A model generated the notes under the pieces. It was not told where the DNA came from, made no database searches, and worked only from the letters and a program-made list of their open reading frames with translations. Of a DNA stretch of 24,956 nt, positions 8,187 to 17,446 are shown piece after piece. The stretch lies in IMG/VR virus record IMGVR_UViG_2923292180_000001. One strand, given 5' to 3'. Both the position numbers and the translations under genes were made by a program. The stretch's first letter is position 1. Every line of letters begins with the position of its first letter. The DNA is from a virus. Taxonomy: Duplodnaviria; Heunggongvirae; Uroviricota; Caudoviricetes.

Positions 8187-8492
8187 TTATCGACAGGTCA
8201 GGTCACCGCTCACCCGCCGACGAGAAAGCAACACTGACATGCTAAAGCAAAAAATAGATGAATAAGTTGAGTTGTGCATATGTAGCCTGACCGTCACAAA
8301 GTATATGGTGTCTGTACCAGTAAGATGATGGCCGGACTCTTTAAAAACGAGCTGACCTGCACAATACAGGATGGACTTAGCAATGGCTGCTCCTGGCACA
8401 AAGCGGACAGTGATCACCGTTCTTACGACTACTTTCTGACTTCCTTCGTGACTTGCCCTAAGCATGTTGTAGTGCGATACTTGTAATGACAT
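8187..8492 (-). CDS. ydfV: Hypothetical prophage protein YdfV-like (101 aa)
   Basis: ORF of the length and position expected between flxA and relB in Qin; its start codon overlaps the relB operator, so the true start and expression are uncertain. Confidence 0.45.
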   Translation of the reverse strand: MSLQVSHYNMLRASHEGSQKVVVRTVITVRFVPGAAIAKSILYCAGQLVFKESGHHLTGTDTIYFVTVRLHMHNSTYSSIFCFSMSVLLSRRRVSGDLTCR

Positions 8493-8504
8493 TTGTAATT
8501 ACAA
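8481..8504 (+). promoter_or_regulatory. relBE operator (relO-like inverted hexad repeats)
   Basis: TTGTAATgacaTTTGTAATTACAA immediately upstream of the relB SD and ATG (8517); the TTGTAAT/ATTACAA repeats are those of the RelB-RelE operator. Confidence 0.6.
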
Positions 8505-8516
8505 GAGGTGTAAGAC

Positions 8517-8756
8517 ATGGGTAGCATTAACCTGCGTATTGACGATGAACTTAAAGCGCGTTCTTACGCCGCGCTTGAAAAAATGGGTGTAACTCCTTCT
8601 GAAGCGCTTCGTCTCATGCTCGAGTATATCGCTGACAATGAACGCTTGCCGTTCAAACAGACACTCCTGAGTGATGAAGATGCTGAACTTGTGGAGATAG
8701 TGAAAGAACGGCTTCGTAATCCTAAGCCAGTACGTGTGACGCTGGATGAACTCTGA
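8517..8756 (+). CDS. relB: RelB antitoxin
   Basis: 79-aa product MGSINLRIDDELKARSYAALEKMGVTPSEALRLMLEYIADNERLPF... recognised as RelB; stop overlaps relE start (TGATG). Confidence 0.95.
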   Translation: MGSINLRIDDELKARSYAALEKMGVTPSEALRLMLEYIADNERLPFKQTLLSDEDAELVEIVKERLRNPKPVRVTLDEL

Positions 8757-9043
8757 TGGCGTATTTTCTGGATTTTGACGAGCGGGCACTAAAGGAATGG
8801 CGAAAGCTGGGCTCGACGGTACGTGAACAGTTGAAAAAGAAGCTGGTTGAAGTACTTGAGTCACCCCGGATTGAAGCAAACAAGCTCCGTGGTATGCCTG
8901 ATTGTTACAAGATTAAGCTCCGGTCTTCAGGCTATCGCCTTGTATACCAGGTTATAGACGAGAAAGTTGTCGTTTTCGTGATTTCTGTTGGGAAAAGAGA
9001 ACGCTCGGAAGTATATAGCGAGGCGGTCAAACGCATTCTCTGA
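8756..9043 (+). CDS. relE: RelE mRNA interferase toxin
   Basis: 95-aa product MAYFLDFDERALKEWRKLGSTVREQLKKKLVEVLESPRIEANKLRG... recognised as RelE; translationally coupled to relB. Confidence 0.95.
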   Translation: MAYFLDFDERALKEWRKLGSTVREQLKKKLVEVLESPRIEANKLRGMPDCYKIKLRSSGYRLVYQVIDEKVVVFVISVGKRERSEVYSEAVKRIL

Positions 9044-9114
9044 ACCAAAGCATGACATCTCTGTTTCGCACCGAAGGTGACACTTCTGCTTTGCGTTGAC
9101 AGGAGAAGCAGGCT

Positions 9115-9270
9115 ATGAAGCAGCAAAAGGCGATGTTAATCGCCCTGATCGTCATCTGTTTAACCGTCATAGTGACGGCACTGGTAACGAGGAAAGACCT
9201 CTGCGAGGTACGAATCCGAACCGGCCAGACGGAGGTCGCTGTCTTCACAGCTTACGAACCTGAGGAGTAA
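9115..9270 (+). CDS. hokD: Hok-family membrane toxin HokD (RelF); below the ORF-track size cutoff
   Basis: 51-aa ORF MKQQKAMLIALIVICLTVIVTALVTRKDLCEVRIRTGQTEVAVFTAYEPEE: single transmembrane segment plus conserved Hok C-terminus; immediately downstream of relE. Confidence 0.85.
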   Translation: MKQQKAMLIALIVICLTVIVTALVTRKDLCEVRIRTGQTEVAVFTAYEPEE

Positions 9271-9339
9271 GAGACCCGGCGGGGGAGAAATCCCTCGCCA
9301 CCTCTGATGTGGCAGGCATCCTCAACGCACCCGCACTTA

Positions 9340-9370
9340 ACCCGCTTCGGCGGGTTTTTGTTTTTATTTT
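9340..9370 (+). terminator. Rho-independent terminator of the relB-relE-hokD operon
   Basis: AACCCGC-TTCG-GCGGGTT hairpin followed by TTTTGTTTTTATTTT, about 70 bp after the hokD stop. Confidence 0.7.
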
Positions 9371-9486
9371 CAACGCGTTTGAAGTTCTGGACGGTGCCGG
9401 AATAGAATCAAAAATACTTAAGTAGCGCGCAGGGATAAGAGGGATGGTCCCTTAAAGGGGAGAGCTAATTATCCGGAAGGATTCTG

Positions 9487-9738
9487 ATGATGAACATCGA
9501 AGAACTGCGTAAAATTTTTTGTGAAGATGGCCTCTATGCTGTGTGCGTTGAAAATGGAAATCTTGTTAGTCATTACCGCATTATGTGTTTGCGAAAGAAT
9601 GGGGCTGCGTTAATTAATTTTGTGGATGCTCGGGTCACGGACGGATTTATCTTGCGCGAAGGTGAGTTTGTCACTTCATTACAGGCATTGAAAGAGATCG
9701 GAATAAAAGCTGGCTTTTCTGCTTTTTCAGGAGAATAA
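9487..9738 (+). CDS. rem: Rem (prophage protein, 83 aa)
   Basis: Product MMNIEELRKIFCEDGLYAVCVENGNLVSHYRIMCLRKNGAALINFVD... matches Rem from memory in length and position between hokD and ydfU. Confidence 0.75.
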   Translation: MMNIEELRKIFCEDGLYAVCVENGNLVSHYRIMCLRKNGAALINFVDARVTDGFILREGEFVTSLQALKEIGIKAGFSAFSGE

Positions 9739-9804
9739 ACTCATCTACAATCTTGCGCGGGGCTGAACTCCCGCTGAGTAACACCGTGCCACCGGAGAAA
9801 ACCG

Positions 9805-10083
9805 ATGGCACGCAACGCAAAATATTACAATTCTGATAATTCGCCCGTTCTTGCCTGCACGCACGGGCGGTATTCTCACGCATTCAAGTCTGAATGGTTC
9901 CAGCACCCTCCATGCACTGCAGAACAGGCCGAATGGCTGATTCATTCTTACCGCAGGCGCGGGTTCGAGGTTAAGAAAGCTCTCAGTCTCGACTATCGGC
10001 ACTGGATAATCTCTGTCAGGCTGCCTTATTCCGAACGCCCACCACGTGCGTCCCGCACTTTCCAGCAACGGATCTGGAGGTAA
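9805..10083 (+). CDS. Hypothetical 92-aa protein between rem and ydfU
   Basis: ATG 9805 with upstream GGAGAAAA; its TAA stop (10081-10083) lies inside the SD (GGAGGT) of ydfU, 1 nt before the ydfU GTG start. No recognisable domain. Confidence 0.4.
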   Translation: MARNAKYYNSDNSPVLACTHGRYSHAFKSEWFQHPPCTAEQAEWLIHSYRRRGFEVKKALSLDYRHWIISVRLPYSERPPRASRTFQQRIWR

Positions 10084-10084
10084 C

Positions 10085-11134
10085 GTGCGGGTATTACTTA
10101 GACCTGTTCTGGTGCCTGAGCTTGGGCTGGTGGTCCTTAAGCCGGGCCGTGAATCCATACAGATATTTCATAATCCTCGAGTGCTGGTGGAACCGGAACC
10201 AAAAAGCATGCGTAATCTGCCATCCGGAGTCGTTCCTGCCGTTCGCCAGCCGCTGGCGGAAGACAAAACATTGCTGCCGTTTTTTAGTAACGAACGGGTG
10301 ATTCGTGCTGCTGGCGGCGTTGGCGCATTGTCCGACTGGCTATTACGTCATGTTACATCCTGCCAGTGGCCTAATGGCGATTACCATCACACTGAAACAG
10401 TCATTCACCGTTATGGTACCGGCGCAATGGTGTTGTGCTGGCACTGCGACAACCAACTGCGTGACCAGACATCGGAATCACTGGAGCTGCTTGCTCAACA
10501 AAATCTGACAGCATGGGTGATTGACGTCATCCGTCACGCAATAAGCGGTACGCAGGAGCGGGAATTATCTTTGGCTGAATTATCCTGGTGGGCGGTCTGC
10601 AATCAGGTGGTGGATGCACTACCTGAGGCTGTATCGCGTCGTTCGCTGGGATTACCAGCGGAAAAAATCTGCTCGGTGTACCGCGAAAGCGACATCGTAC
10701 CGGGAGAGCAGACCGCCACCAGCATATTGAAACAACGCACAAAAAATCTTGCACCGTTGCCTTACGCCCACCAGCAACAAAAATCACCACAGGAAAAGAC
10801 GGTGGTAAGCATCACCGTTGATCCAGAGTCTCCGGAATCTTTCATGAAGCTGCCTAAACGTCGCCGCTGGGTTAAGGAGAAATACACACGTTGGGTTAAG
10901 ACACAGCCGTGTGCTTGCTGCGGTATGCCAGCCGACGATCCGCATCATCTGATTGGTCACGGGCAGGGCGGAATGGGAACAAAAGCACATGATCTCTTTG
11001 TGTTGCCTTTGTGCAGAAAGCATCACAACGAGCTGCATACGGATACAGTGGCATTTGAAGATAAGTATGGCTCCCAACTGGAGCTGATATTTCGTTTTAT
11101 CGATCGCGCGCTGGCAATTGGCGTACTGGCGTAA
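10085..11134 (+). CDS. ydfU: YdfU (DUF968-family protein with C-terminal Cys/His cluster)
   Basis: GTG 10085 preceded by GGAGGT gives 349 aa (the ORF-track frame extends to GTG 10046); C-terminus has CACCGMPADDPHHLIGHGQGGMGTKAHDLFVLPLCRKHHNELH. Confidence 0.8.
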   Translation: MRVLLRPVLVPELGLVVLKPGRESIQIFHNPRVLVEPEPKSMRNLPSGVVPAVRQPLAEDKTLLPFFSNERVIRAAGGVGALSDWLLRHVTSCQWPNGDYHHTETVIHRYGTGAMVLCWHCDNQLRDQTSESLELLAQQNLTAWVIDVIRHAISGTQERELSLAELSWWAVCNQVVDALPEAVSRRSLGLPAEKICSVYRESDIVPGEQTATSILKQRTKNLAPLPYAHQQQKSPQEKTVVSITVDPESPESFMKLPKRRRWVKEKYTRWVKTQPCACCGMPADDPHHLIGHGQGGMGTKAHDLFVLPLCRKHHNELHTDTVAFEDKYGSQLELIFRFIDRALAIGVLA

Positions 11135-11147
11135 GTGGAGAACGAGC

Positions 11148-11900
11148 ATGAACCTTGAAGCCTTACCAAAATATTACTCCCCAAAATCTCCAAAATTGAG
11201 CGATGACGCTCCAGCGACAGGCACCGGTTGTTTAACAATTACGGATGTAATGGCAGCGCAGGGGATGGTGCAGTCGAAAGCACCACTTGGGTTGGCCTTA
11301 TTTCTGGCAAAAGTTGGTGTTCAGGACCCTCAGTTTGCGATTGAAGGCCTGCTAAATTACGCGATGGCACTGGATAACCCGACATTGAACAAATTGAGTG
11401 AAGAAATCCGGTTACAGATTATTCCTTACCTCGTGAGTTTTGCCTTTGCTGATTACTCCAGGTCTGCGGCAAGTAAGGCTCGCTGTGAGCATTGTTCAGG
11501 TACGGGATTTTATAATGTATTGCGCGAAGTGGTGAAACACTACAGACGCGGGGAATCTGTAATCAAGGAAGAATGGGTGAAGGAACTATGTCAGCATTGC
11601 CATGGTAAGGGCGAAGCCAGCACAGCGTGCAGAGGGTGTAAGGGTAAAGGGATTGTTCTGGATGAAAAAAGAACCCGGTTTCATGGCGTACCGGTATATA
11701 AGATTTGTGGGCGTTGTAATGGAAACCGGTTTAGTCGTTTACCGACCACGCTGGCACGACGTCATGTCCAGAAGCTGGTACCAGACCTGACCGATTATCA
11801 GTGGTATAAGGGGTATGCGGACGTCATTGGTAAACTGGTAACAAAGTGCTGGCAGGAAGAAGCATACGCGGAAGCGCAATTGAGGAAGGTGACGAGATAA
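11148..11900 (+). CDS. quuQ: Late-gene antitermination protein Q
   Basis: 250 aa from ATG 11148 (ORF frame opens at 11118); Cys/His-rich zinc-finger region (CEHCSGTG..CQHCHGKG..CRGCKGKG..CGRCNG); lies upstream of a PR'-like promoter and terminator. Confidence 0.85.
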   Translation: MNLEALPKYYSPKSPKLSDDAPATGTGCLTITDVMAAQGMVQSKAPLGLALFLAKVGVQDPQFAIEGLLNYAMALDNPTLNKLSEEIRLQIIPYLVSFAFADYSRSAASKARCEHCSGTGFYNVLREVVKHYRRGESVIKEEWVKELCQHCHGKGEASTACRGCKGKGIVLDEKRTRFHGVPVYKICGRCNGNRFSRLPTTLARRHVQKLVPDLTDYQWYKGYADVIGKLVTKCWQEEAYAEAQLRKVTR

Positions 11901-11930
11901 ATGATTTTTGCTGAAGATGGCGACATGATG

Positions 11931-11960
11931 TTTGCATTTTTCAAAAAATATGGATAAAAT
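11931..11960 (+). promoter_or_regulatory. Late promoter PR'-like element with downstream pause/qut-like CAACGATGGG
   Basis: TTTGCA (-35, 11931-11936), 18-bp spacer, TAAAAT (-10, 11955-11960), followed by TTTTCAACGATGGG, which closely parallels the lambda PR' initial transcribed region (...TGACTCAACGATGGG). Confidence 0.55.
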
Positions 11961-12005
11961 TTTTTCAACGATGGGCTTTGTATACCCGACGTTAAGAAAA
12001 AGTAG

Positions 12006-12034
12006 AAAACCCGCTGATGAGCGGGTTTTGTGCT
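12006..12034 (+). terminator. tR'-like rho-independent terminator downstream of the late promoter
   Basis: AAAACCCGCT-gatg-AGCGGGTTTTGTGC: 6-bp GC-rich stem with a T-run, about 50 nt downstream of the putative PR' start. Confidence 0.65.
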
Positions 12035-12321
12035 TTAAATGGGGCAATGGTAATGTTGAATCTCATCCCGGGACTCATGTCTGTTAACTTATTATTTAGC
12101 TGGTGACTTGGTTATTTGCCTGATGTTTAAAATGTTTTCTTCCAGTACAATGTCCCTAAACACAATGAGTCTGCTTATTATATTATTAGCAGAGCTATTA
12201 CGGCCAAAGTACAGCATAAGCTTTTAAAGCCAATCAACCAGTCATCAAGACAGACGGGGTTATTCATAAAAACTCTCCATGTGTGATCCGATGGGGCCTG
12301 AAATTAAAGCTTTAATATAGC

Positions 12322-12534
12322 TCATGAAAGGTAAACATTGGCAGCTGAAGGGCCACGCAGACCATTTATCCGGCAAAATTCCACGCGTAATCCGGTGGTA
12401 ATTTCTTCTGCATCGCGGAGATTGAGCGCTGAAACATGAAGCTGGACATCGATACGACCATCGGATGGGGTGATAAGACCCTTGCCGCTTTTGCCGTCAA
12501 AGGTTTTGACAATTCCTGTCATTTTACGGGACAA
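12322..12534 (-). CDS. cspF: Cold-shock-like protein CspF
   Basis: 70-aa product [70 protein letters not shown]; divergent from cspB. Confidence 0.9.
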
Positions 12535-12684
12535 AAAAATTCCTTAATACTGATAACTTGGCGCACTATACACACGTTCCTGAAGAAAGCTATAGTTTTT
12601 TGATGGGGTTGAAGATGGCTGGATGTCTAAAATAAACATTGCTTCATATGTTCAACTATGCGTTAATGATTGCGTCGGTTTGAA

Positions 12685-12834
12685 GAACAGACGATATACG
12701 AAGTAGTTTACTAAAGCAGTTCTCATTTCAGGTGTTATTCACTTATTCCTTCTTTGAGTCTCTCCAATTAAGTACGAAGTCGTTTCTGTTATGCAAACCA
12801 TTTATGCCGAAAGGCTCAAGTTAAGGAATGTAGA
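12685..12834 (+). promoter_or_regulatory. cspB 5' untranslated leader with cold-box-like element and cspA-type upstream box
   Basis: AACAGACGATATACGAAGTAGTTTACTAAAGCAG resembles the cspA cold box (TGACGTACAGACCATTAAAGCAG); GCCGAAAGGC lies just upstream of the SD (AAGGAATG) before the cspB ATG, as in cspA. Recalled from memory, not aligned. Confidence 0.4.
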
Positions 12835-13050
12835 ATGTCAAATAAAATGACTGGTTTAGTAAAATGGTTTAACGCTGATAAAGGTTTCGGCTTTATTTCT
12901 CCTGTTGATGGTAGTAAAGATGTGTTTGTGCATTTTTCTGCGATTCAGAATGATAATTATCGAACCTTATTTGAAGGTCAAAAGGTTACCTTCTCTATAG
13001 AGAGTGGTGCTAAAGGTCCTGCAGCAGCAAATGTCATCATTACTGATTAA
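12835..13050 (+). CDS. cspB: Cold-shock protein CspB
   Basis: 71-aa product [71 protein letters not shown] with RNP1/RNP2 motifs. Confidence 0.95.
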   Translation: MSNKMTGLVKWFNADKGFGFISPVDGSKDVFVHFSAIQNDNYRTLFEGQKVTFSIESGAKGPAAANVIITD

Positions 13051-13331
13051 AATTCATCGCTCGTCTGTATACGATAACGAAGAAGGCTGATGCCTGAGTA
13101 GAGATACGGACAGAGTAGTGAATATTGGATCTCTTTAATAAAAAGTAAGGAGGTCCAATACATGAAACAATGGCTAGCATATTTGGCAAAATCTTAATCA
13201 GGAAAAGTATGCTAACCATTGTGGTGAAGTGCAGGTTTGCTGCATGAATAGTTTTACAGCAGAAGCTAACTGCTGGCATGGCAAAACAAAGTGCGTAAGT
13301 GGATGACTCCCACAAAAAGCACCACAATCTC

Positions 13332-13357
13332 AAACCCGCTCAGGCGGGTTTTTTATT
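13332..13357 (+). terminator. Hairpin terminator between cspB region and the convergent small zinc-ribbon gene
   Basis: AAACCCGC-TCAG-GCGGGTTTTTTATT; strong on the plus strand, weaker but possible for the minus-strand gene ending at 13414. Confidence 0.5.
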
Positions 13358-13413
13358 ATCTGCTTTAAATATATTATTAAAATATAAAAAATACTTGTTA
13401 CTAATAAAATCAA

Positions 13414-13584
13414 TCAGGCTACAGCTTTAAGATTTGTCTGGAATACTTTGTTGCAATGAGGGCAGATCAAAAGGGCACCTTTTTGTACTCTTGAAAAACT
13501 GTGTTCTGACTCTTGGGTGCAGTTTGGGCAGGAACATTTAACGAGATAATTACGGCGTGATTTTGAGTTTTTACGTTCTGACAT
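13414..13584 (-). CDS. Small zinc-ribbon protein (56 aa, two CxxC pairs); possibly YnfU-like
   Basis: ATG at 13584 with upstream AGGAAAAG; product MSERKNSKSRRNYLVKCSCPNCTQESEHSFSRVQKGALLICPHCNKVFQTNLKAVA (CPNC...CPHC). Gene name is a guess from memory. Confidence 0.5.
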   Translation of the reverse strand: MSERKNSKSRRNYLVKCSCPNCTQESEHSFSRVQKGALLICPHCNKVFQTNLKAVA

Positions 13585-13803
13585 AGGCTTTTCCTGTATA
13601 AATGGCCGTATACAGTACACTAAATATGAAAACATTTCTCGTATTATTATTTTATATATGACTTTCTTTCAAAATAATTACCCACATTTTTAATGTGTAT
13701 GTTTTTTTAGCGCCGTTGAGAACAACGTGTGCTGTCAAAACTCCCCCGTAGACTCCGATCTTTTCAAACATATTGCACCATCCGTGTACATCGGGGTGAG
13801 GAT

Positions 13804-14019
13804 ATGAAATCAATGGATAAGTTAACAACAGGTGTTGCCTATGGCACATCGGCGGGTAATGCTGGTTTCTGGGCATTGCAGTTACTCGATAAAGTAACTC
13901 CGTCACAGTGGGCTGCAATCGGTGTGCTGGGTAGCCTGGTTTTTGGCCTGCTGACGTATCTGACAAATCTTTATTTCAAGATTAAAGAAGACAGGCGTAA
14001 GGCTGCGAGAGGAGAGTAA
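13804..14019 (+). CDS. essQ: Class II holin (phage 21 S21 pinholin type) with dual-start motif
   Basis: 71 aa from ATG 13804 ([10 protein letters not shown]..., second Met at codon 4 as in holin/antiholin dual starts); two transmembrane segments and charged C-terminus ([13 protein letters not shown]). Confidence 0.85.
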   Translation: MKSMDKLTTGVAYGTSAGNAGFWALQLLDKVTPSQWAAIGVLGSLVFGLLTYLTNLYFKIKEDRRKAARGE

Positions 14020-14023
14020 TCCA

Positions 14024-14331
14024 ATGACTCAAGACTATGAACTGGTTGTGAAAGGAGTCCGTAATTTTGAGAATAAAGTTACGGTAACTGTAGCCTTACA
14101 GGACAAAGAACGCTTTGACGGTGAAATTTTTGACCTGGATGTCGCCATGGACCGTGTTGAAGGAGCTGCGCTGGAGTTTTATGAGGCAGCAGCCAGAAGG
14201 AGCGTCCGGCAAGTCTTCCTGGAAGTAGCAGAAAAATTGTCAGAAAAAGTTGAGTCTTATCTGCAGCATCAGTACTCCTTTAAGATTGAAAATCCTGCCA
14301 ATAAGCACGAGCGTCCTCATCATAAATATCT

Positions 14332-14335
<4 letters not shown>
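14024..14335 (+). CDS. ydfR: YdfR (DUF1327 prophage protein, 103 aa)
   Basis: Sits between holin and endolysin; stop overlaps the endolysin start (ATGA). Confidence 0.75.
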
Positions 14336-15359
<1,024 letters not shown>

Positions 15360-15721
15360 GGTAATATTAAATCGGAACATTTACATCGCGGAATGTAAAA
15401 TTTAAATAAAAAGGACTCTTCCATGAGCCAAAATTCCTGAAATCTTAAGGGTAAGATAAAAGGTCTTAATCAGAATGACACGTTTTATTAATAAATAAAG
15501 CCATTCTTTCATTGCTGTGTTTTTCTTTACAAAAGTAATCCTTGCTATGGGTGGTTAATCATGCGTTAATGGTGTTCTGGTTTGTTACAAATTTATCTGA
15601 AGCAGTCATTGTTATAATTTTATTATTTGTACCTCTTGAGATTTCCTTGTTGGTTTTTCTCTCTGATATTTTTTTTCGGACCATTCTGCCCAAGGGCTAA
15701 TTTCTTCAAAAGGTAATAATT

Positions 15722-15934
15722 ATGTCTAACAAAATGACTGGTTTAGTGAAATGGTTTAACCCTGAAAAAGGTTTTGGTTTCATCACGCCGAAAGATGGCA
15801 GCAAAGATGTGTTTGTCCATTTCTCAGCAATTCAGAGCAACGATTTCAAAACATTAACTGAGAATCAGGAAGTTGAATTTGGTATTGAGAACGGACCTAA
15901 AGGTCCTGCCGCTGTTCATGTAGTGGCGCTTTGA
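15722..15934 (+). CDS. cspI: Cold-shock protein CspI
   Basis: 70-aa product [70 protein letters not shown]; long AT-rich leader upstream. Confidence 0.95.
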   Translation: MSNKMTGLVKWFNPEKGFGFITPKDGSKDVFVHFSAIQSNDFKTLTENQEVEFGIENGPKGPAAVHVVAL

Positions 15935-16138
15935 GGTAGACAATATTACAAACCATATTCACTTTAGATGCCCGTGTTGTCATGGTTCCCAGTATAGAAC
16001 ATCATCTTTTGATGTTTCTGACATGAATCCTTTCGGGGCAAAATGTATCTTTTGTAAATCAATGATGATTACATTTGATAATATTTCACAATACTTAAAT
16101 GCCAGCCGTCTGTCGTTGGATTTAAAAAAGTGAAAATG

Positions 16139-16162
16139 AAGGCTCCTTCGGGAGCTTTTTTG
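16139..16162 (+). terminator. Rho-independent terminator downstream of the cspI region
   Basis: AAGGCTCC-TTCG-GGAGCTTTTTTGC; placed 6 bp after the stop (16131-16133) of a zinc-ribbon reading frame. Confidence 0.55.
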
Positions 16163-16205
16163 CTTGGTGTCTATTCGATGGATACTCACATACTACGGTA
16201 ACATC

Positions 16206-16436
16206 ATGAAAAAAATCATAGTTTTTTTTAACTCTGAACCAGCAGTGGTAGTGCCAGCGATGACTGGAGTTAACACCATCATGCGTGAATATCCAAATGG
16301 CGAAAAAACACACCTTACTGTAATGGCCGCAGGGTTTCCATCTCTGACCGGAGATCATAAAGTCATTTATGTAGCCGCGGATCGACATGTTACTTCAGAA
16401 GAAATTCTGGAAGCAGCAATAAGGCTCTTGAGTTGA
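16206..16436 (+). CDS. Hypothetical 76-aa protein
   Basis: ATG 16206 (ORF-track frame opens at 16164); product MKKIIVFFNSEPAVVVPAMTGVNTIMREYPNGEKTHLTVMAAGFPSLTGDHKVIYVAADRHVTSEEILEAAIRLLS; no recognisable domain. Confidence 0.4.
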   Translation: MKKIIVFFNSEPAVVVPAMTGVNTIMREYPNGEKTHLTVMAAGFPSLTGDHKVIYVAADRHVTSEEILEAAIRLLS

Positions 16437-16579
16437 TTTGATGCTATTGCATTGATAATTCAGGAAAATTCTCTTTGTCTGTTTGTGTAAAATTTAGACT
16501 ATCGTATGTTGATTATTGCGATGTTTCATCTTATCTTTTACACGTTTGCTGATCCTACCCACGTAATATGGACACAGGC

Positions 16580-17446
16580 CTAAGCGAGGTTCTTGTTTTC
16601 AAATTGTTCCGGACTGAGGCCGCCACACCAACTGTGCCGCCGCCACCGATTGTAATCACATTCGATATAATTAAACACCGTTGCCCGCATTATTTCCCGG
16701 CTGATAAAGTGTTCTCCATGGATACATTCCACTTTCAGCGAATGAAAGAAGCTTTCCACGCAGGCATTATCGTAGCAGCAACCTTTTGCGCTCATACTTC
16801 CACGCAGATTATGCCGCTTCAGTTGCGCCTGATAATCTGCTGAACAGTACTGGCCTCCACGGTCCGTGTGAACGATAACGTTCCGGGGCCTCTTACGCCG
16901 CCACAGCGCCATCTGCAGGGCATCGCAGGCCAGTTGCGCCGTCATGCGTGGCGACATTGACCAGCCAATAACGGCACGTGACCACAGGTCAATGACCACT
17001 GCCAGATACAGCCAGCCTTCATCTGTACGTAAGTACGTGATGTCTCCTGCCCACTTCTGGTTCGGGCCACTGGCGTAAAAATCCTGCTCCAACAGATTTT
17101 CTGACACAGGCAGGCCGTGTGCGCGGTAGCTGACCGGGCTGAACTTCCGGGAGGCCTTTGCCCTCAGTCCCTGACGGCGCAGGCTTGCCGCCACGGTTTT
17201 TACGTTAAAGGGGTAACCCTGAGCACGCAGTTCATCCGTCAGGCGTGGGGCACCGTAACGCTGTTTTGACCGGGTAAAAGCCGCGAGGACAACGCTGTCG
17301 CAGTGTTGGCGGAACTGCTGACGCGTGCTTATCCTTGTCCGCCGCTGACACCACGTATACCAGCCGCTGCGGGCCACCCGGAGCACGCGGCACATTGCTT
17401 TGATGCTGAACTCAGCCTGATGTTTTTCAATAAAGACATACTTCAT
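16580..17446 (-). CDS. insF: IS3 transposase OrfB (InsF), DDE catalytic domain
   Basis: 288-aa product [38 protein letters not shown]... recognised as IS3 InsF; overlaps the orfA stop (ATGA), as in the frameshift-fused IS3 arrangement. Confidence 0.9.

Noticed and set aside
8499-8879. 126-aa minus-strand ORF
   Set aside because: Antisense to relB and relE, which are confidently identified.
9027-9248. 73-aa minus-strand ORF
   Set aside because: Antisense to hokD and the relE 3' end; although hok loci have antisense RNAs, no protein-coding antisense gene is expected and no SD is present.
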